This document shows, piece after piece, positions 40,871 through 49,756 of a stretch of DNA of 64,000 nucleotides. Origin of the DNA: Sedimentisphaerales bacterium (GTDB lineage Bacteria; Planctomycetota; Phycisphaerae; Sedimentisphaerales; SM23-30); the NCBI GenBank assembly GCA_963666285.1, contig OY762711.1; one strand, 5' to 3'. How positions within the stretch are numbered: position 1 is the stretch's first letter; every line of letters starts with the position of its first letter. The notes under the pieces were generated by a model. The model made no database searches, was not told where the DNA came from, and worked only from the letters and a program-made list of their open reading frames with translations. Made by a program: the position numbers and the translations under genes.

Positions 40871-42676
40871 ATGAATCAAAAAGCTGAAAAGAAGAAAAAA
40901 TGGTATCGGTTTAAGATATCAATCTCTTTGGCCTCCAAATGCCTGGTAGGTTTTTCGCTGGCTATTATAGTTGTTATCTCAGTAGGTTTATACTTTCCTT
41001 ATGTATGGATGGACAAGCTGGTCGAAGAGGGAAAAATCGACCTGGCAAGATCTGAGGTTGATGATGTTTTACAGAGACATTGCCAAAGCATCGGCGAATT
41101 GAACCTGCCTCCGCTATCCAAGGCCGAATCTACATCCCGCCCGTTAACCCACTGGATAAATCTCAAAGAAAACCGGGAAGAAAAACTTAATAATGATATT
41201 TTTCTTAGACGCGGAGTCGGCTATTTTGAGGAAAAAACCAATCAGACAGAATTTTTCAGACTAAACCGTGAACAGGAAGCGATTATTCCGGAAGAATTCC
41301 GGACTGAACCAGATGATACAGATAAACCGGAAGGGTTTTTGTCAAATTTTGTGCCGGAATCGAATCCGGGCCGATATCTGCGAGGGTTGCGTACTGAAAA
41401 TTACTGCCTAGACTGTCACGGCAGCCAGGTTATTGAATCTGAACTGGCTAAAATACGGCAAAGCTCTGACCCAAACGAAATTGCACGGCTTGAAGCTGAA
41501 CAGCCTCCGGCATTTTCTCTGGGCGAACTGGTAGGTGTAATCAGCGTTATCCTGCCGCCCGGCCGCAGCAGCGAGATACTACTGGGTAACCGTACAATTA
41601 TTATCCTGGCCGGACTATTCTCCGGCTTGTCGGCAATCCTGGCGTTCTATATTATCACCCAGCGAATTATCCTTCAGCCAGTCCGTTCTCTACGCGAAGC
41701 GGCCGAACAGCTTCAGGTCCCGGAATATGATTCGGATGAGATAATACACTTAAAAGGTGATGAGCAGGATGATGATAGCGAACTTGATACATGGATGAAG
41801 GCGATCGAGCTGACCGGTCAGATCAATACCGGCGATGAATACGAACAGCTGGCGGTTGCATTTAACCATATGATTACTCGTCTGAAAACAGCGCACGAAG
41901 AATTGCGTAAGAACTATATGGCTCTGGATAATCGACTGGGTGAAATGGAAGCCAGAAATATCGCGCTGTACGAATCGAATAAACTCAAAAGTGAATTCCT
42001 GGCAAATGTTTCACATGAGCTTCGCACACCGCTTAACGCTATTATCGGATTCGCGGAAATCCTGCACGAGCAGGCCCTGGCCAGGGAAGATGCCCGCGGT
42101 CAGCGTTACAGTTCAAATGTTATGCAGTCAGGAAAACTGCTGCTGAGAATTATCAATGACCTGCTGGAACTTGCGAGAATTGAAGCCGGACGAGTTGAGA
42201 TAAATAACGAACGATTCAGGTTCGAAGAAGTTGTAAACGATCTGATAGATATGATTCGCCCGCAGGCAGAAACTAAAAAGCTGGAGATCGTAACGAATAT
42301 CAGCCCGAAAATCGGTATGATAGAGACAGATGCCGGTAAGACTCAACAGATAATATTTAACCTGATAAGTAACGCGGTTAAATTTACTCCGCCTGAAGGA
42401 ACAATCAGTATTGACGCAGACCTGGCAGAAGATGGGCCGCTATTGGGAATTGAGATATTCGTAACTGATACCGGGCCGGGCATTGCACCAACTGACCGAC
42501 AGGTAATCTTCGAGAAATTCCGACAGCTGGACGGCTCTGTTACCCGCAGTTTCGGCGGGGTCGGCCTCGGACTGGCAATTGTTAAAGAACTGCTGGATAT
42601 CCTGGGTGGTGATGTTGCGGTTGTCGACCACAACCAACCGGGCGCCAGGTTCAGGGTATTCCTGCCGGTGAAATAA
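40871..42676 (+). CDS. Sensor histidine kinase with a periplasmic CxxCH motif, HAMP, HisKA and HATPase domains
   Basis: Two TMs flanking CLDCH; VSHELRTPL, NAVKFT, DTGPGI and GVGLGL boxes. Confidence 0.92.
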   Translation: MNQKAEKKKKWYRFKISISLASKCLVGFSLAIIVVISVGLYFPYVWMDKLVEEGKIDLARSEVDDVLQRHCQSIGELNLPPLSKAESTSRPLTHWINLKENREEKLNNDIFLRRGVGYFEEKTNQTEFFRLNREQEAIIPEEFRTEPDDTDKPEGFLSNFVPESNPGRYLRGLRTENYCLDCHGSQVIESELAKIRQSSDPNEIARLEAEQPPAFSLGELVGVISVILPPGRSSEILLGNRTIIILAGLFSGLSAILAFYIITQRIILQPVRSLREAAEQLQVPEYDSDEIIHLKGDEQDDDSELDTWMKAIELTGQINTGDEYEQLAVAFNHMITRLKTAHEELRKNYMALDNRLGEMEARNIALYESNKLKSEFLANVSHELRTPLNAIIGFAEILHEQALAREDARGQRYSSNVMQSGKLLLRIINDLLELARIEAGRVEINNERFRFEEVVNDLIDMIRPQAETKKLEIVTNISPKIGMIETDAGKTQQIIFNLISNAVKFTPPEGTISIDADLAEDGPLLGIEIFVTDTGPGIAPTDRQVIFEKFRQLDGSVTRSFGGVGLGLAIVKELLDILGGDVAVVDHNQPGARFRVFLPVK

Positions 42677-42752
42677 AAAAAGCGTCCCACGAGCGAGACA
42701 CTTTTTATACGCTTATCAATTAACAGGCAAATATATGTTACAGCTTCTGTAA

Positions 42753-44078
42753 TCACTTCTGCAAAAACAGCCATATCCATCCATGAGTTTCATATTCTTT
42801 CGGCAGCTTCTCGTTGAGTTCTAGCATCTGTTCGCTTACTTTTGTTAGCTCTTCTTGAATATCTTTAATTTTATCCTGGTCTTTTTCTCTGTTTGGTCCA
42901 TGGATTTTATCGATAAGCTCTCTGTAGGATTCCCGGACCACTTTCAGTTCTGCCCTGACCTTTTCATACTCAGCTTGTTCCTGCTCAGTAGGTTCCGGGA
43001 GATCGGGTTTCAATCTTGAATAGTCACCGGCGAGAATATCAAGCTTGCCGTCACAATTCCAATCTACTGCACACAACTTTGTACGTGTACCGATAGTCGG
43101 TTCTTTCGGGATATCCCTGCCATACTGTGATTTTGACGAAGGTACAACTTCAACAGGAGCTGCCAGTTCATATTCTTGTGCCGTACCCTTATTCTCATAA
43201 AATGATATACTGCCGTCATCGGCACCAACAAGCAAGTCCGGATCGCCATCGCCATCAATATCTGCGGCACATACACCGGCCCGACTCTTTGCACCAAGCA
43301 GTTTACCGCCGGCTGTCAGCTGTACTTCCTTGCCAAAAGCATATTTGTCAGCAGTACCTTCATTGGGAACAAGATAAATGTTTCCGCTTATATTGCCAAC
43401 GATAAGGTCAAAGTCGCCATCAGCATCCCAATCGACAGCGTTTACTGCAGTGGCAGTACCGGAAATTGCTACAGGTTTTTCCGGGGTGCTCTTTATCGTC
43501 TTGCCATGATATTTAACAATAGTACCATCGTCGGTAGTCTCAAAGTCGGCATTTCCTTTTATTAGAATACCTTCATCGCCACGATCTACAATACCTCCAC
43601 CGGGGTTAATAAATTCATCGCTCTTGTTTTTCAGCATGACAGACGGCTTAAAGGATTTATCTTTTGTTCCTTCAAACAGAAATATCTCGCCGGGCCATGA
43701 ACCGGACAAAACATCAGGATTTCCATCGTTATTGAGGTCCACAACATGTGGTCCGAATCCTATGCATCAGCCGTAAGGGACGGTGCCGTCATTGTCGCCT
43801 GCCTTAAATTTGACACCTTCGACAAGTTTCGGCTCTTTATTGCTGCCGGCATTATGATGTACCCAAAGCGTTCCTCCGGAAAACTCCCCAACCAGTAAAT
43901 CGCGAACACCGTCGCCATCAAAATCACACACAAACGGTGCCGCATGACCTATATTGCCGGTATCGACAGGCTTGCCACCCGCTTCAATTTGGACAGGTTC
44001 GGCAAATTCAATCGCATTGCTAATACCTGAAAACACTAACAGACACGATAAACTTAGCGACATTCTTTTTTGTCCCAT
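42753..44078 (-). CDS. Secreted FG-GAP/VCBS-repeat protein, putative selenoprotein (in-frame UGA at 43769-43767)
   Basis: ORFs 43767-44078 and 42753-43742 are in one frame joined by G-[TGA]-C-I-G-F-G-P-H-V-V; SD AGGAG + signal peptide at 44078; five D.(D/N).DG..D repeats; hairpin behind the UGA. Confidence 0.7.
43716..43766 (-). promoter_or_regulatory. SECIS-like hairpin
   Basis: CCACA-UGU-UGUGG apical stem-loop with the loop starting 21 nt after UGA; lower stem AGGAUU/AAUCCU. Confidence 0.55.
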
Positions 44079-44127
44079 AGATACTCTCCTATAATATTCC
44101 AACTCACTCAGAATAGATGATGTCTGA

Positions 44128-44517
44128 CTATTTCGCCACTTCAACGAATGCCATACGCAAGTCATGGAGACTCATAGACAACATCTTATTTTCATCATCA
44201 GTCAGGTTGCCCTTGGTCTTTTCTTCGAGCATGCTTAGTATATCAATATAATGCTTGGCGGTATCAAGGTCCTTATCTGCTTTCCCTGTTTCCGGGTTAG
44301 CAAAAAGCCCCATACACATCATCGCCTGCATGGCATATGAATTCACCAGCAGCCCAAAATCAACCGGCGGTAAAGGCGGCCTACCCTGGCCGGAAGCTGC
44401 ATCTGCCGAACCGGCTGCATCTTTTGACTCTGCATCCTTACCGGCAAGTTTTTCCTTTTCCTTCCTGGCCTGAGCTTTCCAGTCATCATCGACGATTATC
44501 TTTTTTTCTTCTGACAT
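44128..44517 (-). CDS. DUF1844-like protein
   Basis: IIVDDDWK..A..EKE; AKHYIDILSMLEEKTKGNLT.DE. Confidence 0.85.
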   Translation of the reverse strand: MSEEKKIIVDDDWKAQARKEKEKLAGKDAESKDAAGSADAASGQGRPPLPPVDFGLLVNSYAMQAMMCMGLFANPETGKADKDLDTAKHYIDILSMLEEKTKGNLTDDENKMLSMSLHDLRMAFVEVAK

Positions 44518-44847
44518 ATTTATCTCTCCTGTATTTCGTACCTGATTTATAACTTTTTATAAGTGTATACAAGAATATACATATATCAACCTAAAACTTA
44601 ACACATATATCACCTGCAAACTTACTACTACACAGAGTAGTAATATTGGTCACGATTGAAGTATAACTCCAATTAACAAAACAATCTCACTCTTAAGACA
44701 AACGTCTTACAAACAACAACTTACAACTACTAAACACATTATTAAACCTAAACAGGTAGCAAAAAAACCATATAAGTATATCACTTGAGTTTAATTTTTT
44801 TAACATTAATCTTTACATAACCTGGCTGGAAGTTAAAATCAGAGCTT

Positions 44848-45447
44848 ATGAAGTCATATTTCAATTTATCTATTGTTCCGAATATGATTTTGAGGCTCTG
44901 GCAGTATTATGGTTCGCTTTCTATCTTACAGCAGTGCTCTTTGTTTATCTTTGCAGGCATAGTCATTGGCATGGCACTTTTCATAGCGCGAATTTCAAAT
45001 GCTGCATCATATATATCAGACACACCGGAAACATGTATGAACTGCCATGTTATGACAGATGCATACGCGACCTGGCGACGCAGCAGTCACAGCAGAGTTG
45101 CTGTCTGCAATGACTGCCATGTCCCTCACGATAACACTGCGGCCAAATATGCGTTTAAGGCTATGGACGGAATGAGACATTCATATGTATTTACACTTCG
45201 GAACGAACCTCAGGTTTTAACGCTTTCCGATGGGGCCAAACCGGTAGTCCAGGCAAACTGTATCCGCTGTCACGACCAACAGCTGGAAATGATCAGATTA
45301 GCTGCTGAGTCAGAACGCGCTTGCTGGTTCTGCCATAGCAATATACACAGCTCAGTTCAAAGTTTATCAGCTTCCCCAGAAGTACTTCGGCCCAAGCTGC
45401 CTGATGCCGGGCTGGACTGGATGAAGAAAGGAAAAATAAATGAGTAA
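44848..45447 (+). CDS. nrfH: Cytochrome c nitrite reductase small subunit
   Basis: TM + four CxxCH motifs (CMNCH, CNDCH, CIRCH, CWFCH); overlaps nrfA. Confidence 0.93.
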   Translation: MKSYFNLSIVPNMILRLWQYYGSLSILQQCSLFIFAGIVIGMALFIARISNAASYISDTPETCMNCHVMTDAYATWRRSSHSRVAVCNDCHVPHDNTAAKYAFKAMDGMRHSYVFTLRNEPQVLTLSDGAKPVVQANCIRCHDQQLEMIRLAAESERACWFCHSNIHSSVQSLSASPEVLRPKLPDAGLDWMKKGKINE

Positions 45448-46840
45448 AAACAAAAATAATAATATCAACCCGCAAGTTAAACTCCCGATCTGGGCAGGCC
45501 TGCTGATAATGTGCCTTTGCGCCGCAATTGTGTTTCTTATCGCCATCCTGACAATGAGTATCACAGAACGCAGATGGGAAGCTCAAAGACCGGCTATGGT
45601 TCTCAAACCAATTGAAGGCTGGCAGCCGGACAATGCAGTATGGGGCCAGAACTATCCACGTGAATACGAATCCTACCTGAAAATGAAAGATGATACAACC
45701 CAAACCAAATATGGCGGAGCGTTCCCGCGTGACTACCTGGAAGACGATCCGAGACAGGTATTGCTCTTTGCCGGTTACGGTTTCAGTAAAGATTACCTGC
45801 AGGCCCGTGGCCATATTTATGCTGTTGATGACGTCAAAAAGACCAAACGTATTACAAAACCTTTCAATGCCGGAACATGCTTTACCTGTAAGAGCCCGGA
45901 CGTACCAAGATTAATGGACAAAATGGGAGTTGCGGAATTTTATGCGGCCAATTTCCACGACCTGTCAGACGAAATTAAACACCCGATCGGATGCCAGGAT
46001 TGCCATGACCCAGAAACAATGAACCTTGCTATATCTCGTCCGGCATTAAAAGAAGCTTTTGCCAATATGGGCCGGGATATAAACGAGGCAACACACCAGG
46101 AAATGCGGTCACTGGTATGCGCCCAATGCCATGTCGAATATTATTTCAAAAAAGATCCCAAAAATTACCTTACCTTCCCTTGGCACAAAGGTACAACTGT
46201 TGAAGATATGATCAAGTATTATGATGAGGTTGGCCATATAGATTACGTAAATGCAATTTCAAAAACACCGATAGTTAAAGCCCAGCATCCAGACTATGAA
46301 ATATATCTCACAGGGGTACATGCCTATAATAACGTTGCCTGCGCAGACTGCCATATGCCGTATCGAACTGAAGGCGGAATGAAGTTCACTGACCATCATG
46401 TACAAAGCCCTCTGTTAAACATATCTAACAGCTGTGCGGTATGCCATCGCTGGAGCGAAGAAGAAATTCTTAAACGGGTTGAAAGTATCCAGGACAAAGT
46501 TCAAAATGCAATGATCATGGCAGAAGAAGCAATAGTAAAAGCTCACTTTGAAATTGCCGTCGGCATAAAAGCCGGTGCCGATGATGAAGAACTGGCCGAG
46601 GCCCGCAAACTGGTACGACATGCCCAATTCCGCTGGGATTATGTTTCAGCAAATAATGGCATGGGATTTCATGCTCCACAGGAATGTACCCGAATACTGG
46701 GCGAAGCTGCCAATGAAGCCCAGGAAGCCAGACTGATTATTACCAGACTGCTGGCAACCAAAGGAATAACCGAAAAGCAGACTTACCCAGATTATAATTC
46801 CAAGGCAAAAGCAACAGCAATTATCAAACAATACCAATAA
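45440..46840 (+). CDS. nrfA: Ammonia-forming cytochrome c nitrite reductase
   Basis: CFTCK (CxxCK) + four CxxCH; CHVEYYF, KAQHP, GFHAP. Confidence 0.96.
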   Translation: MSKNKNNNINPQVKLPIWAGLLIMCLCAAIVFLIAILTMSITERRWEAQRPAMVLKPIEGWQPDNAVWGQNYPREYESYLKMKDDTTQTKYGGAFPRDYLEDDPRQVLLFAGYGFSKDYLQARGHIYAVDDVKKTKRITKPFNAGTCFTCKSPDVPRLMDKMGVAEFYAANFHDLSDEIKHPIGCQDCHDPETMNLAISRPALKEAFANMGRDINEATHQEMRSLVCAQCHVEYYFKKDPKNYLTFPWHKGTTVEDMIKYYDEVGHIDYVNAISKTPIVKAQHPDYEIYLTGVHAYNNVACADCHMPYRTEGGMKFTDHHVQSPLLNISNSCAVCHRWSEEEILKRVESIQDKVQNAMIMAEEAIVKAHFEIAVGIKAGADDEELAEARKLVRHAQFRWDYVSANNGMGFHAPQECTRILGEAANEAQEARLIITRLLATKGITEKQTYPDYNSKAKATAIIKQYQ

Positions 46841-46999
46841 ATAATTAGCAGATCCCAAAAAGAATGACCCGGCCAGAAAACTGACCGGGCCAATTCCAAA
46901 AGGCAGTGTCAATTATTATTAAGGGTACTTCTAGGAATTGCTTTTGTTGCGAAAGATCCAACTTTCGCTAAAAATTAATTTTTAGAGGTGCCATTAATA

Positions 47000-49297
47000 T
47001 TAAAACTCAGACATAGGTTCAGCTTTTCCTTCAGCATCATCTATACCAACTGCAGGTTTCGTTTCCAGTCCGGCTTTTGTCCTTAGCTCATTATCTGCTT
47101 TGATCTTATCCTTAAAACCATCCGGCCAAAGAGTTTCAACATGCCCATCAGAAAACAGGGTAATTACGAACCCTTGCTTACCTTTCATATGATCAGGACA
47201 ATAAGCCAAAATCATCTGCGAATCGCAGCCATCCTTCAAATCACCACCGCGGTATACATAACCATTTATATGCTGCGGACATTCAGGACAACCGTCTTTT
47301 AGATAGCCTTCCAGATCGTCCAGGCTTTCTGGGTATTTATTATTGTCAAGCTGATAAGTAATTATTGCTGTGCCGATTATTTTCAGATTCGATAAACACA
47401 CTGCTTTTTGTGCATTTTCCTGGGCCTTATGCATCGCAGGAGAAACAACAGCACCGACAACACCCACATATGCCGAGCCGATAGCGGCAATAGCAACCCC
47501 ATCGGTTTCGATATGCGACATCACTCCGGTTTCGCCAACTGGATAAGACCAGGAAACAGATGGCGGCAAATCATCAAACAGGGTCTGAACCTGCGGCAGC
47601 ATAGGCGGCAGCACAATATCTTTCTGGGATGCGACCATCGTCAGCATAGGCCAGTAAGTATTCATTGTCGTACACATAGCCTTCAGAAAATCTTCAGAAT
47701 CTGTATATTCGAGATAATAAAGTTCAGCAGGAGCTTCAGCAACAGCTGCCTTGTATTTCTCATCCGACAAAATCGACATTGAAAGATCTTCGGCATTCCA
47801 AAGCTCAACTGTCTTTGCCGCAGACTGAGCCGAAGTAGATATTATAATATGTGTTTCGTCAAGGGTTACAATATTGGGCTGCAAACCAAACATAGCAAGC
47901 TGAGGAACAAGAATAGACCGAAACGCCTTACCATCCTGCTCGGTTATATTATAATTCAGTGAAACCGGAGAGCCTTCCAATTGTTCTTTAGCAAACCCGA
48001 CCAGACCATCAATTGTCTGACCAAACAAATCGGCATCCTTTACAGTCATAAGACATGAAACACTGCCGCCCATCAAACCGGTAGTCTGGTTTGTATTGAA
48101 GCTCGTCAATACTTCACCTGTTATATTATGCAACAGTCCATCGCCAAGATTTACACCTATCTCTTCCTGAAATCCATTTAAACCTTTTTCAATTTCTGCT
48201 ATGGCATTTTCATCTACCGCGGCAATCATGTCGCGATACATATAAAACAATTTCTCAAAATTGTAATTAAACATACTAAACCCAGTCGAGTCAGCAGGAA
48301 CAACCTTTATAAGTTTTTTATCTATTGGCCTGCTAAAATCAGCAAACACTGAACTGCCAAGCTGATCGCCAAACACATCAAGCACAACCTGCTTGCCCTT
48401 GAAACCAATCCTGTAATAAAGAGTGCCAAGTTCCTTAAGGTTCATCTTTTCAAACATTCCCTTTACGGCTTGAGCTTCTTTGTCTCCACTGGCATCCATC
48501 ATCTGCTCGATCATATTAAAATAATTCTTATAATTCAATGCTGCAATAATTCCATCACCATCATACTCTGGTCCGGCGAAAGCCATAACAGGTTTTGAAC
48601 GTGCCTTGATATTTGCAGCCAGTTTCTGTAGATATGCATCTTCCTGACCATCAACCGTAAGGATAAAAATAACATGATCGCCAATATTTGCAAGACACAT
48701 TACCGGCTCGACATCTTCATCATCATCTTCGTCATCGTCCGCATCTTCATCATCATCTTTTTCAGAAAATTTTATTACCTTACCAACAGCTTGAACCTTT
48801 TCAGTTTCAACTTCAAGGTCATCTGCCATATCATGTTTTTCAAATGAACTGATTATAGTATCCTTAATAACCTCAACCTTAGCCTGACCGCCGGTAGAAA
48901 CTACATAGAGACACCCTTCGATCTGTTCATTGCGAGGATCGAATTTATCAATAACAACTCCGGCAAGAACCGGGTCCTTAAAGATACGAGTCTGCTCGGC
49001 AATTCCTTTAACAAATTCGATCTTTTCCATAACATCGCTATCCAGATCAATTTGAGGAAAAACAGCAGTCTTTACCTGCTCGACAAAAGTTTTAACCGAA
49101 GGATCATTAGCCAGATCATTAAGAACGGTTTGTTCAAAATCATCTGACAGCTTGTCACTACCGCTGCCGGCGATATAAAAAATAGAGTCATCCAGAGCTA
49201 GACCCGCCAACTGATGAGCGGCAGATGAGGCATCAGCCGAATTAGAAAATAACACCCCAAAAACAATAACCAATAAAGACAGTAATTTAGCTTTCAT
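47000..49297 (-). CDS. Secreted DUF3352-like protein with a C-terminal prepilin-like / H-X9-DG domain
   Basis: Signal peptide; PAMHKAQENAQKAVCLSNLKIIG..Y..D and H...LFSDGHVE. Confidence 0.7.
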   Translation of the reverse strand: MKAKLLSLLVIVFGVLFSNSADASSAAHQLAGLALDDSIFYIAGSGSDKLSDDFEQTVLNDLANDPSVKTFVEQVKTAVFPQIDLDSDVMEKIEFVKGIAEQTRIFKDPVLAGVVIDKFDPRNEQIEGCLYVVSTGGQAKVEVIKDTIISSFEKHDMADDLEVETEKVQAVGKVIKFSEKDDDEDADDDEDDDEDVEPVMCLANIGDHVIFILTVDGQEDAYLQKLAANIKARSKPVMAFAGPEYDGDGIIAALNYKNYFNMIEQMMDASGDKEAQAVKGMFEKMNLKELGTLYYRIGFKGKQVVLDVFGDQLGSSVFADFSRPIDKKLIKVVPADSTGFSMFNYNFEKLFYMYRDMIAAVDENAIAEIEKGLNGFQEEIGVNLGDGLLHNITGEVLTSFNTNQTTGLMGGSVSCLMTVKDADLFGQTIDGLVGFAKEQLEGSPVSLNYNITEQDGKAFRSILVPQLAMFGLQPNIVTLDETHIIISTSAQSAAKTVELWNAEDLSMSILSDEKYKAAVAEAPAELYYLEYTDSEDFLKAMCTTMNTYWPMLTMVASQKDIVLPPMLPQVQTLFDDLPPSVSWSYPVGETGVMSHIETDGVAIAAIGSAYVGVVGAVVSPAMHKAQENAQKAVCLSNLKIIGTAIITYQLDNNKYPESLDDLEGYLKDGCPECPQHINGYVYRGGDLKDGCDSQMILAYCPDHMKGKQGFVITLFSDGHVETLWPDGFKDKIKADNELRTKAGLETKPAVGIDDAEGKAEPMSEF

Positions 49298-49756
49298 AAC
49301 ATAACCTCTTTCAAATCATTGATTTACTTAACGTCACAAAAAAAATAACCTCTTGATATTAATATTTAACACTTAAATGACAAAAAAGTTACAAAAATCA
49401 TTTTCAAGCCATAAATGCCTGCATCTTGACGATACTATATCAACAAATATGGGGAAATTATAAGTCTCTATTCTTAAAAGAGGATTCAAAAGTACATCTT
49501 GCATAAAACACAAAATATAAAGCGTCCTAAAGTAAGGTTTTACAATGAGATAAAACACTTTTGAGATTTTGCTATATATATAAAAGCGGAGTATCATTGT
49601 GGCAAATTAAGCAAAAAAACAGCCAGGAAAAGAAGATAGTAGACACATACAGCTAGTTGATATCACAGGGAGAAAAAACTGTTTCGAGAGTAAAAATAAA
49701 GGCTGCAAAATGCAAATTCTGCAGCCTCTGAAATTATAGCAACACCGTTTTTATGA

